This document shows, piece after piece, positions 19,511-28,577 of a stretch of 64,000 nucleotides of DNA. Positions within the stretch are counted from its first letter, which is position 1. Each line of letters begins with the position of its first letter. The stretch is from Bacteroidales bacterium UBA5342 (GTDB lineage Bacteria; Bacteroidota; Bacteroidia; Bacteroidales; UBA5342). The stretch is from the NCBI GenBank assembly GCA_002408065.1, contig DHQI01000106.1:33990-97989 (forward strand), given 5' to 3'. The position numbers were made by a program, and so were the translations under genes. A model generated the notes under the pieces. The model saw only the letters and a program-made list of their open reading frames with translations. It ran no database searches and was not told the DNA's origin.

Positions 19511-21007
19511 TTAGCGTTGTTTGTAAATGCTGATTTGTTTGTTGTTTTTTATTTGGTGACAATATCGTTGTATCGTTTTCAAATGTTCAGGACTAACTGA
19601 AGCATTGTGTACTACAATGTAATCGAATTCTTCAGAGCTTAAACGTTGCAGGGTGTTTTCGTTAATGTTGTGAATGCGGTGTACTTTCCGTTGCCAAGCC
19701 ACCATAGGCGTATTCCAGCCTTCATCGCAAATAACCACCGTTTTAGCTTCAGCTTCAATGTGCTGATTAAGCCAGGAAGCCGAACTCATAAAATCGTTAA
19801 TTACCCCTTCGGCATTATTCATAGATGCATCTTCGCGGTAGTTTTTTAGTTGATGCTCTGTAGCAATAGCAAAGCTGCCAATTCCGAATAAAAGGCTCGT
19901 AATCAGCATAACTTCTTTGCTGATTTTATTAAAATCGATATGCCATATCAAGAAAGCAATACCAATGCAAAGGAAAGGTTGCCAAGTGTCGAGCGAATAA
20001 TAGTTGTGAGCGCTAATGCCCCACATCATAAGTATGGAAAATAAGCTGGTGCCCAGTAGGGAAAAAGCCAGCCAAAGGAAAAAACTGTCGCCTTTAATGA
20101 GTGATGTGCCATATTTCCTGTAGGTCATTATTCCCACTATTAGTAAGCTGAAATGTAGGATTGGCAAAAACTCCATACTGTACGATATGATAATTTTTTT
20201 GAGGTACAGCACTAATAGCGAAAAGGATTTCGGTGGCATAGCCTGACCTAAAAAAACGGAGCCATATTCACTGGCCAGTCCTTTGTTGTAGATAAAATAC
20301 GCCAGCACTACAATTACTCCTGTGGCTATGTAATAGAGTTGTTTATGTATCTTTTTTTCTTTGATGGAAATAATGAAAAAAGCACCTCCTAAAGCCAGTA
20401 ATGAAATAATTTGCGTAAAGCGCATGAGGGCTGCCAGAGTCAGAAAAACGATAGCCAGAGTAAAATGCCTGCTTTCTTTTTTATGAAAATAGCGAAGAAT
20501 AAAACTTAGCCCTATCAGAAAGACATTAAATGCTGCTGCCGATACATGAAAACCATCTTGATAGTAGGCGTAAATAGGCTGAAACATGATAAAGCTTACA
20601 AAGATGGAAGCCACCGTAATGCTTTTAATCTCCTTAATAGTTTTAAATAAACAGAAAAGGGCTAAAAAGCTTATTAAGAGCATTATCATTCGGAAAACCC
20701 AAGGTGCCGTAGTGCCGAAAATTTTCATTAGTATCGCCACGCTATAATGCAGTATAGGAAAATCCACACTAGTTATTCCTTGCGGATTTTCTAAAGCATT
20801 TTTAGATGGAAACTGCACATCTAAAGCAAAAGTCGTAGGATGAAAAAAATCAAAACCATCATTGTAAAAACCTAAAGCTAAAGCATAATGATCGCTCTGA
20901 GCCCAAGCATGAGTGCTGGCTGGCAGCTTGTTATAGTCTTTAAAGTGTAAAAAAGCACTTGCTACTATAAACAGCAGGGTAAAAGCTATGTTGGTTTTAA
21001 GTTTCAT
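19511..21007 (-). CDS. Polytopic membrane protein, possibly GT-C type (ArnT/PMT-like) glycosyltransferase
   Basis: 498 aa, about 11-12 hydrophobic segments, first-loop acidic/aromatic motif AWAQSDHYALALGFYNDGFDFF, soluble C-terminal ~110 aa; family call is weak. Confidence 0.45.
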   Translation of the reverse strand: MKLKTNIAFTLLFIVASAFLHFKDYNKLPASTHAWAQSDHYALALGFYNDGFDFFHPTTFALDVQFPSKNALENPQGITSVDFPILHYSVAILMKIFGTTAPWVFRMIMLLISFLALFCLFKTIKEIKSITVASIFVSFIMFQPIYAYYQDGFHVSAAAFNVFLIGLSFILRYFHKKESRHFTLAIVFLTLAALMRFTQIISLLALGGAFFIISIKEKKIHKQLYYIATGVIVVLAYFIYNKGLASEYGSVFLGQAMPPKSFSLLVLYLKKIIISYSMEFLPILHFSLLIVGIMTYRKYGTSLIKGDSFFLWLAFSLLGTSLFSILMMWGISAHNYYSLDTWQPFLCIGIAFLIWHIDFNKISKEVMLITSLLFGIGSFAIATEHQLKNYREDASMNNAEGVINDFMSSASWLNQHIEAEAKTVVICDEGWNTPMVAWQRKVHRIHNINENTLQRLSSEEFDYIVVHNASVSPEHLKTIQRYCHQIKNNKQISIYKQR

Positions 21008-21062
21008 TTACAACGAGCCAATGAAGTATATTTTTAATTTCTAACTTTTAATTTTTCACTTT

Positions 21063-22247
21063 TCACTTTTCATTTTTCATTCTAATATAAGTATCCATAT
21101 CCTTATCGCCACGACCGCTGAGGTTGACTACCACTACCTGATCTTTCTTAAGGGCCATTTTCTTAAGGGCTGCCAGTGCGTGAGCCGATTCCAATGCTGG
21201 GATGATGCCTTCTTTTTCTGTTAGTTCAAAAACGGCTTCCATGGCTTCGTCATCAGTAGCATTAAGGAATTTTACACGACCTGTTTTGTATAGGTGAGCG
21301 TGCACAGGACCTATCCCAGGATAATCTAATCCTGCAGAGATAGAGTATGGTTCTATGATTTGCCCGTCTTCGGTTTGCATTAGTAGTGTTTTACTTCCGT
21401 GGATAATGCCGTCGTTGCCCACCTGCGAGGTGGCTGCTGTTTCGCCGCTGTTTACTCCTAGCCCTGCAGCTTCTACCGCTACTAATTCTACGTCTTCGTC
21501 ATCCAGAAAATGATAAAAAGCACCGGCAGCATTGCTACCACCACCCACGCAAGCGATGATGGTATCGGGATTCTCTTTGCCGGTTTGCTCCATCAGTTGC
21601 CATTTCATTTCTTGACTAATGACCGATTGAAAACGCGCTACCATATCAGGGTAGGGGTGTGGTCCTACTACCGAACCGATGATATAATGGGTTTCATTAG
21701 GATGGTTGATCCAGTCGCGGATGGCTTCGTTAGTGGCATCTTTAAGGGTGCGGTTGCCCGACATTGCCGGTATGACAGTGGCACCAAGCATTTCCATTTT
21801 TTCCACATTAGGACGTTGACGCTTAACGTCTTCTTCGCCCATAAACACGACGCAGTCGAGCCCTGCACGAGCACAAACAGTAGCTGTAGCCACGCCATGT
21901 TGGCCTGCACCAGTCTCAGCGATGATGCGTTTTTTGCCCAAACGTTTAGCCAAAAGAATCTGCCCAATCGTGTTGTTGATTTTATGAGAACCGGTGTGGT
22001 TGAGGTCTTCGCGCTTCAGATAGATTTTTGCGCCATACACTTCGCTCATTCGTTCGGAATAATAAAGTGGCGAAGGACGCCCCACATAATCTTTTAGTAA
22101 AAGTTCAAATTCCTGTTTGAAATCATCACTCTGGATAATCTCAAGGTATTTTTTCTTTAGGTTATCTACGTTGGGGTAAAGCATTTCGGGTACGAAAGCC
22201 CCCCCAAATTCGCCGTAGTAGCCGTGTTCGTTAACTTGGTATTTCAT
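21063..22247 (-). CDS. trpB: Tryptophan synthase beta chain
   Basis: HTGSHKINN PLP-lysine motif, GGGSNAAG, 394 aa. Confidence 0.96.
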   Translation of the reverse strand: MKYQVNEHGYYGEFGGAFVPEMLYPNVDNLKKKYLEIIQSDDFKQEFELLLKDYVGRPSPLYYSERMSEVYGAKIYLKREDLNHTGSHKINNTIGQILLAKRLGKKRIIAETGAGQHGVATATVCARAGLDCVVFMGEEDVKRQRPNVEKMEMLGATVIPAMSGNRTLKDATNEAIRDWINHPNETHYIIGSVVGPHPYPDMVARFQSVISQEMKWQLMEQTGKENPDTIIACVGGGSNAAGAFYHFLDDEDVELVAVEAAGLGVNSGETAATSQVGNDGIIHGSKTLLMQTEDGQIIEPYSISAGLDYPGIGPVHAHLYKTGRVKFLNATDDEAMEAVFELTEKEGIIPALESAHALAALKKMALKKDQVVVVNLSGRGDKDMDTYIRMKNEK

Positions 22248-22287
22248 TTTAAAATGTTAAAAGTTCGGAGTTCAAGGTTGGGCAAGC

Positions 22288-22350
22288 CCAATTCCAAGTT
22301 TCCAATTTCAAGTTTCTAATTTCAAGTTTCTAATTTCTATTTTCTAATTT
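22288..22350. repeat. Stutter repeat in trpF-trpB spacer (AAGTTTCTAATTTC x2 plus TTTCCAATTTC-type words)
   Basis: Read directly; runs into last codons of trpF. Confidence 0.8.
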
Positions 22351-22960
22351 CAGCAATAAACTCGTTTAATAATTCAATATTTTTTAGTGCCGGTTCTATC
22401 TCAAATTTGCTATTGATGTCCAGACCTTTGAGGTTCGAAAAGTCCAAGGCTTTGATGGTTTCAGCATCATCTGCCGCTATGCCGCCACTGAGTAAAAAAG
22501 GTCCGGTCGCATTTAATTCTTTTAGTTTGTTCCAGTTAAATTTTTGTCCGCTTCCGCCCAGACCTTTACTTTTAGTGTCGTACAAGAAGTAATCACATTT
22601 GCCGCTGTAGGCTTCTATTTCTTCCGTTTTTGTGTTGTCATCTATCTGGAAGGCTTTGAAAACGGTGTAGCCTTTGCGCTGAAGCTGAGAACAAAAACGT
22701 GGGCTTTCATTTCCGTGTAATTGTACCGTATTTATGCCGTATTTATTGCACAGGCTCATTATGTGGCCTATATTCTCATTGACAAAAACGCCTACTGGTT
22801 CAATGTTCTCCGGCAATTGTTTTATGGCTTTCACATCCCAATCCTCACCCACATAGCGAGGCGATTTAGGATAGAAGATAAAGCCCATATAGTCCGGTTT
22901 AAGCACTGCTACATCAGCTATGTTTTGAGCTTGGCGCATGCCACATATTTTCACTTTCAT
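22337..22960 (-). CDS. trpF: Phosphoribosylanthranilate isomerase
   Basis: MKVKICGM start, FIFYPKSPRYV, QLHG motifs. Confidence 0.9.
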   Translation of the reverse strand: MKVKICGMRQAQNIADVAVLKPDYMGFIFYPKSPRYVGEDWDVKAIKQLPENIEPVGVFVNENIGHIMSLCNKYGINTVQLHGNESPRFCSQLQRKGYTVFKAFQIDDNTKTEEIEAYSGKCDYFLYDTKSKGLGGSGQKFNWNKLKELNATGPFLLSGGIAADDAETIKALDFSNLKGLDINSKFEIEPALKNIELLNEFIAEIRK

Positions 22961-23016
22961 ATTATTAAGAAAGAAGTTCTGGGTTATATGATTAAATTCT
23001 TCATTTGTAAAGCTAA

Positions 23017-23056
23017 ACTCTAGCTCACTCTAGTCACTCTAGTCACTTTAGTTCAC
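23017..23056. repeat. 9-10 bp tandem repeat (CTCTAGTCA-like x4) in spacer after BCAT gene
   Basis: ctctagctca ctctagtca ctctagtca ctttagttca read directly. Confidence 0.8.
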
Positions 23057-24120
23057 TCCACTTTAACCGTCCATCCATGCTTATCTTCCAATCGTCCGGT
23101 CTGAATGCCTGTAAGAGTATCATAAAGTTTTTGAGCTAATGGTCCCACTTTACCATTATTCATGCGCAGGGTTTTACCATTGTAGTAAATTTCGCCGATT
23201 GGAGAAATAACCGCAGCTGTTCCGGTACCAAAGGCTTCCAACAATGAGCCGTCGTTCATAGCGGCTAGCACTTCCATTAACGATACTTTTCGTTCACTCA
23301 CTTTATAGCCAAAATCTTTAAGCAAAGTTATCACTGAATCGCGGGTGACACCTTGCAGAATGCTTCCATTGATTTGTGGCGTGATGACTTCATCGTTTAT
23401 TTTAAAGAAGACATTCATGGTGCCTACTTCTTCAATGTATTTTTGTTCCACTCCATCGAGCCAAAGCACTTGAGAAAAGCCTTTCTCTTTAGCTATCTGT
23501 TGTGCCTTGATACTAGCAGCGTAGTTGGCGGCTGTTTTAGCCTCGCCAATACCGCCACGTACAGCGCGCACATACTCATCCTCTATGTAGATTTTCACAG
23601 GATTGAAACCTTCGGCATAATAAGCCCCTACAGGTGATGAAATGACCATAAATTTGTAACTGTCTGAAGGAGCAACGCCCAGGCTTTCTTCGGTTGAAAA
23701 AATGATAGGGCGAAGGTAAAGGCTTGCGCCATCCACATCAGGTACCCAGTCTCTATTCAACTTTACATGTTCGATAATAGCTTTTAGTGCCAGTGCTTCA
23801 TCCACTTCAGGGATACAGATGCGGGCACTGGAGCGGTTAAGGCGTTTGATGTTTCGTTGCGGACGGAAAAGTAAGATTTCCTTTTTAGGAGTCATGTAAG
23901 CTTTCAGGCCTTCAAATACGGTTTGACCATAATGAATCACCATGGAGGAGGGTTCTATGCTGATAGGACCGTAAGCTTTGTGTTCCGGATTTACCCAGCC
24001 TTGGCCGGGTAGAAAATTCATCTCAAACATGTAGTCTGAGAAATATTGACCAAAACCCAGCTTGTTAAAGTTTGGTTTTTGTCGTTTTTGTGGTGTTGGT
24101 ATGAATTTTATATCCATCAT
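23053..24120 (-). CDS. ilvE: Branched-chain amino acid aminotransferase (fold type IV PLP, long form); start taken at MMDIKF (24120)
   Basis: HYGQTVFEGLKAY, YLRPIIFSTE, GGIGEAKTAANYAAS, GTGTAAVISPIG motifs; the longer ORF start would overlap trpC. Confidence 0.88.
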   Translation of the reverse strand: MMDIKFIPTPQKRQKPNFNKLGFGQYFSDYMFEMNFLPGQGWVNPEHKAYGPISIEPSSMVIHYGQTVFEGLKAYMTPKKEILLFRPQRNIKRLNRSSARICIPEVDEALALKAIIEHVKLNRDWVPDVDGASLYLRPIIFSTEESLGVAPSDSYKFMVISSPVGAYYAEGFNPVKIYIEDEYVRAVRGGIGEAKTAANYAASIKAQQIAKEKGFSQVLWLDGVEQKYIEEVGTMNVFFKINDEVITPQINGSILQGVTRDSVITLLKDFGYKVSERKVSLMEVLAAMNDGSLLEAFGTGTAAVISPIGEIYYNGKTLRMNNGKVGPLAQKLYDTLTGIQTGRLEDKHGWTVKVE

Positions 24121-24145
24121 TATTAAGATTAAAAAAAAAGTAGTT

Positions 24146-24934
24146 TTACAATTGTTTGATGAATTCTTCGGCCGCAAAACCCGGGTGATCTGTTTTCATA
24201 AAGTTTTCTCCAATCAGGAAGCCTTTGTATCCCACCTCTCGTAATTCCTTTATGGCTTCGACACTACTGATGCCACTTTCAGAAATTTTGACCGCGTCAT
24301 CCGGTAATTTGTCAAAAAGTCGTTTTGATTGTTCTATGCTGACTTCGAATGTTTTGAGGTTGCGGTTGTTGACCCCTATGATGTCAATATCCGGGGTGTA
24401 TTTCTCCAGCTGATCTTCGCTGTGTATTTCCATAATGACTTCCAAACGGAAGGTCTTGGCCAAGCGAGCTAAAAATTTTACTTTCTCAGCTGTCAGGCAC
24501 TCTGCAATGAGCAGCATAACATCGGCTCCCATAGCTTTGGTCTCATACACCTGGTATTCATCCACGATGAAGTCTTTTCGCAAAATAGGGAGACGGTTGA
24601 CTGCACGCGCACTTACCAGGTCATCTGTTGTGCCGCCAAAGAAATCAGTATCAGTCAGTATGGATAGACCTGCTGCACCTGCCAAACGGTAGTTCGTCGT
24701 TACATCATTGACTGAAGCATTGGCATTAATAATACCTTTGCTAGGCGATTTGCGCTTAAATTCAGCAATGATGCCTGAGGAGTGGAGTGCATTTAAGCGC
24801 TCTACCAAGGATCGTCCTTTGATGGAAAAATGTTCGGAATGCGTCAGAGTTCGGCAAGGTATCATTTTTCTGCGCTCTTCAATTATTTCAAATTTACGGG
24901 CAACTATTTGGTCTAAAATATTCATTTGTTTCAA
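24146..24934 (-). CDS. trpC: Indole-3-glycerol phosphate synthase
   Basis: IAEFKRKSPSKG, ILRKDFI, IGVNNRNL motifs. Confidence 0.93.
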   Translation of the reverse strand: MKQMNILDQIVARKFEIIEERRKMIPCRTLTHSEHFSIKGRSLVERLNALHSSGIIAEFKRKSPSKGIINANASVNDVTTNYRLAGAAGLSILTDTDFFGGTTDDLVSARAVNRLPILRKDFIVDEYQVYETKAMGADVMLLIAECLTAEKVKFLARLAKTFRLEVIMEIHSEDQLEKYTPDIDIIGVNNRNLKTFEVSIEQSKRLFDKLPDDAVKISESGISSVEAIKELREVGYKGFLIGENFMKTDHPGFAAEEFIKQL

Positions 24935-24994
24935 TGTTTTATAAAAGATGCAAGGAAGACTGGTCTTGTGAGAATGGTTTGCTTGTGACTCTTG

Positions 24995-25990
24995 TTATTT
25001 GCTCATTTCTATTAATTTATTCAATACGCTCTTGGCTTTTCCATCCATCAACGAACGTTGAGCTTCTTCCACACATTGCTCTATTGTTTTGTCGGGGGAA
25101 ATAGTACGAATAGCCATTGCGCTGTTGGCAAAGACCACATTGTTTTGGGCTTCGCTTCCTTTTCCTTCCAATATATTTTTAAAAATTGTGGCAGCTGCTT
25201 CTATGCTGTTGCCTCCGTGTATTTCTTCTTGTTTCAGTGGAGGCAGACCTAAGTGCTGTGGTGTCACGATCTGTGCTCCTTTATTGGTGATAATTTTGCA
25301 ATCGCCGGTCAGTGATATTTCGTCATAACCATCGAGTGCATGTACTATGCAGTAGGAGGTATCTGTTTTTTCAAAAACCTGATGATAGAGTTCCATCGTA
25401 TCTATATCAAAAACTCCGGTGATTTGATTTTGTGGCATGGCTGGATTCAAAATCGGCCCCAGAATATTAAAGAAGGTTTTCACTCCCAGTTCCCGTCTGA
25501 TCGGGCCTACAGATTTAAGTGCCGGGTGAAATAGCGGAGCATGAAGGTAAGCCATTCCGCTTTTGTCAACCATCTGTTTCAAAAGTTCTTCATCATTGGT
25601 CAATTTAACACCAAAAAACTCCATCATACTACTGGATCCGGATGCTGAAGAGGCACTATAGTTACCGTGTTTGGCCACCTTGTAACCAGCACCTGCCACC
25701 ACTAAGGATGATAACGTTGAGATGTTAAAGGTGTTTTTGCCATCGCCTCCGGTACCACACAAGTCGATCGTGTTGAAATCAGAAAAGTCGACATGAACAC
25801 ATCTGTCTAATAAAGCATTTCTAAAACCTGATAGTTCTTCCGAAGTTATTTTACGCATTATAAAAGCTGTCACAAAAGCTGCTACCTGTGTAGCATTATA
25901 TTTTTCTTCGGTAATATTACTGAGCACCTCTTTTGCTTTGGTAGCACTAAGTGTTTGCCCCGCGGCAAGCTGGTTGATGATGTCTTTCAT
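24995..25990 (-). CDS. trpD: Anthranilate phosphoribosyltransferase
   Basis: CGTGGDGKNTFNISTLS, KHGN motifs. Confidence 0.93.
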   Translation of the reverse strand: MKDIINQLAAGQTLSATKAKEVLSNITEEKYNATQVAAFVTAFIMRKITSEELSGFRNALLDRCVHVDFSDFNTIDLCGTGGDGKNTFNISTLSSLVVAGAGYKVAKHGNYSASSASGSSSMMEFFGVKLTNDEELLKQMVDKSGMAYLHAPLFHPALKSVGPIRRELGVKTFFNILGPILNPAMPQNQITGVFDIDTMELYHQVFEKTDTSYCIVHALDGYDEISLTGDCKIITNKGAQIVTPQHLGLPPLKQEEIHGGNSIEAAATIFKNILEGKGSEAQNNVVFANSAMAIRTISPDKTIEQCVEEAQRSLMDGKAKSVLNKLIEMSK

Positions 25991-26051
25991 TGTGTTAAGC
26001 AGTTGGCAGTTGGCTATTGGCAGCTAAAGGCAAATAGCTAAAAGCGAAAGT

Positions 26052-26621
26052 CTAATTATTTATCCAGTTTTCAATCATTCTCATTCCTTCGGTTGTCAAG
26101 ATAGATTCCGGATGGAATTGCACGCCTTTTACATCGTATTTGTCGTGTTTTAGAGCCATAATATTAGCGTCTTCATCAATGGCTGTAATTTTCAGATCCT
26201 GAGGTAAATCCTCACGGCTAACGATCCAGGAATGGTAGCGAGCTCCGTCAAACACTTTGGATACCCCATCAAAGATGTTATCTTTTTCTTTGGTTTGAAT
26301 AATAGAGCTGGAAACACCATGATACACCTGATCGAGATTGATGAGAGAACCTCCAAAAACCTCAGCGATGGCTTGTACGCCCAAACAGACGCCAAAGATA
26401 CTGGTTTTTGGAGCACATTCCTTGATAATATCTTTTAAATTACCTGCTTCATCCGGAATTCCCGGCCCTGGTGACAAGAGTATTTTATCATAGGTTTTGG
26501 CTTCTTTAGCCGTGATTTTATCATTACGATACACATCTGGCAATTCGCCCGTAATGCGTTGTATGTATTGTACCAAGTTGTAGGTGAAGCTGTCGTAATT
26601 ATCGATGACTAGTATTTTCAT
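26052..26621 (-). CDS. trpG: Anthranilate synthase component II (glutamine amidotransferase)
   Basis: GVCLGVQAI catalytic Cys, VQFHPES. Confidence 0.92.
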   Translation of the reverse strand: MKILVIDNYDSFTYNLVQYIQRITGELPDVYRNDKITAKEAKTYDKILLSPGPGIPDEAGNLKDIIKECAPKTSIFGVCLGVQAIAEVFGGSLINLDQVYHGVSSSIIQTKEKDNIFDGVSKVFDGARYHSWIVSREDLPQDLKITAIDEDANIMALKHDKYDVKGVQFHPESILTTEGMRMIENWINN

Positions 26622-26687
26622 GTTAATTTAAAGTTTAATAGTTCAAGGTTCAAGGTGGAAAACTTTGAATTTTGAACTTTGAATATA

Positions 26688-28091
26688 TTAAATGTTTTCT
26701 GCTTTCTTAAGTGCCATTTTCAAGGCAGCCAGTTTGTTATTAACCTCGTTGAGTTCGCTTACTTCTTCGGATTTGGAAACTACACCAGCGCCAGCCTGAT
26801 AGTATAGAGTATTGTCTTTACTCATAAAAGAACGAATGGTGATGGCCAGGTTAATATTGCCATTGAGGCCTATGTTGCCGATACAGCCGCCGTAGAAACC
26901 GCGTGTTTGGTTTTCGTACTTACTGATAAGTTCCATGGCTTTGTATTTGGGGGCACCACTAAGTGTTCCGGCCGGAAAAGTGTCTGCATATATTTGAACC
27001 GGATGTGAGTCTTTGTTGATTTCACCTTCTACTTCTGAAACCATATGAAGCACATGTGAATAATAATGTATTTCGCGAAAGTATTTCACCTTTACATTTT
27101 CAGCATGACGGCTTAGGTCATTTCGTGCCAGGTCTACCAACATAATGTGCTCCGCATTTTCTTTGGGGTCATTGGCCAGCTTTTTAGAAAGTTCTTTGTC
27201 TTTTTTATCATCGCCGGTGCGGCGAAAAGTACCTGCAATAGGGTTGATGTATGCTTTGCCATCTTGTGTTTTTATCTCAGCTTCAGGTGATGATCCCAGT
27301 AGTTTAAAGTCACCAAAATCAAAATAAAATAAGTAGGGTGATGGATTGATAGAACGCAAAGAACGATATACGTTGAAATCATCGCCCGTAAAATCCTGCT
27401 GGAAACAACGCGATAGTACAATTTGGAATACATCACCACGCATACAATGCTGTTTGCCCTTGCTTACCATAGCCATGTATTCCTGATCGGTGATGTTAGA
27501 GCTTTCCATGCCCTCCAGGTTAAATTGCAAAGAACTGAAGTTTAAATGATTTAGTTGTTCTTCAATAATGTCTAATTGTGAGTCTTCACCATTAAAGATA
27601 TGCTCAATAATCGTTATTGTATTATTGTTGTGATTAATAGCAATAATGAATTTATAAAATTGATACCATAAATCCGGGATGGCTTTTTCGTCGCTTGGGG
27701 CGCCCATCTCGATGTCTTCAAAATAGCTGACTGATTCAAAGGTAGAATAGCCAAATAGTCCTGTTGTTGGGATTTTGCTAATGTCTTCAGCCGGAACAAA
27801 AGAGGCTGTAAAGTCTTGCAAAATTTGACTCATTGCTAATTTCTTTACAAGGGTGCCAGCTTCCTTTACTCCGTTAGGGTAGGTATACTCAATTTTATCG
27901 TCAGTAGCTTTTATCCCTGCGATAGGCTGCATCCCGATAAAAGAGTATTGGTTGTCACCAGCTTTGAAGTCAGCCCCCTCTAGCAGGATAGATTGGGGGT
28001 AAATGTCACGCATTTTGAGATAAATAGCAACCGGTGTAAGGACGTCGGCTAGCATCTCTTTGGTGTTGATATTAAATTTGAACTGTTGCAT
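26688..28091 (-). CDS. trpE: Anthranilate synthase component I
   Basis: PSPYLFYFDFGD, GTLSGAPK, GFYGGCIG motifs; 467 aa. Confidence 0.94.
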   Translation of the reverse strand: MQQFKFNINTKEMLADVLTPVAIYLKMRDIYPQSILLEGADFKAGDNQYSFIGMQPIAGIKATDDKIEYTYPNGVKEAGTLVKKLAMSQILQDFTASFVPAEDISKIPTTGLFGYSTFESVSYFEDIEMGAPSDEKAIPDLWYQFYKFIIAINHNNNTITIIEHIFNGEDSQLDIIEEQLNHLNFSSLQFNLEGMESSNITDQEYMAMVSKGKQHCMRGDVFQIVLSRCFQQDFTGDDFNVYRSLRSINPSPYLFYFDFGDFKLLGSSPEAEIKTQDGKAYINPIAGTFRRTGDDKKDKELSKKLANDPKENAEHIMLVDLARNDLSRHAENVKVKYFREIHYYSHVLHMVSEVEGEINKDSHPVQIYADTFPAGTLSGAPKYKAMELISKYENQTRGFYGGCIGNIGLNGNINLAITIRSFMSKDNTLYYQAGAGVVSKSEEVSELNEVNNKLAALKMALKKAENI

Positions 28092-28175
28092 ATTTATAAG
28101 TGTCTTAAGTGTGTTATCGTATTTTAAAGTGTCTAAAGTTATCTCTTTATTCTTTTGTGGTGTTGTAGGGGGCTA

Positions 28176-28213
28176 AAACAAAAAAAGCCTGTCGTGAAAC
28201 GACAGGCTTTTTT
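28176..28213 (-). terminator. Attenuator terminator of the trp leader
   Basis: Minus strand GCCTGTCG-TTTCA-CGACAGGC followed by TTTTTTT, located between leader ORF and trpE ATG. Confidence 0.75.
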
Positions 28214-28241
28214 GTTAAGTTTTAAGTAAGCGAGTGCAATT

Positions 28242-28298
28242 TCACGAGTTAACGTCAATCAATTGCCACCACCAAATATTTAGAGAAATCAAATTCAT
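28242..28298 (-). CDS. trpL: trp operon leader peptide MNLISLNIWWWQLIDVNS (18 codons + stop)
   Basis: ATG at 28298, TGG TGG TGG at 28274-28266, TGA at 28244-28242; followed by terminator hairpin; too short for ORF track. Confidence 0.7.
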   Translation of the reverse strand: MNLISLNIWWWQLIDVNS

Positions 28299-28577
28299 GT
28301 ATTTTTCTTTTGCGTTGCAAAGTAACACATTTTCCTATCATATTTCAAAATATTAAGGCGAAAAAAGATGCTTTTTTATGAAATAAAACAAATATGATTA
28401 AAAATGAAAGCATTTCAGGGGGTGTTTATGTACATCTTGTCGCTAATTTCTGTCATTTAGTGGCTTAGTGATGGTATGTGTTGACTGCTGGGGGAAAAGC
28501 ACTTTATTTTTGTTCTTTATTTATAGCAAGTTTTTTAAAAGATTCTTGTTAGTTTTGTTGACAAAAAATTGAATGTG

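Noticed and set aside
24121-24177. N-terminal extension of the aminotransferase ORF (MRPKNSSNNCKTTFFLILI)
   Set aside because: It would overlap the trpC 3' end by 32 nt. Family alignment by eye starts at MDIKFIPTP, so the internal ATG at 24120 is preferred.
28180-28214. The trp attenuator hairpin read as a plus-strand terminator (it is symmetric, with A-run and T-run on both sides)
   Set aside because: Nothing on the plus strand ends there, since the plus strand upstream is antisense to trpE. The minus-strand context with the Trp-codon leader explains it.
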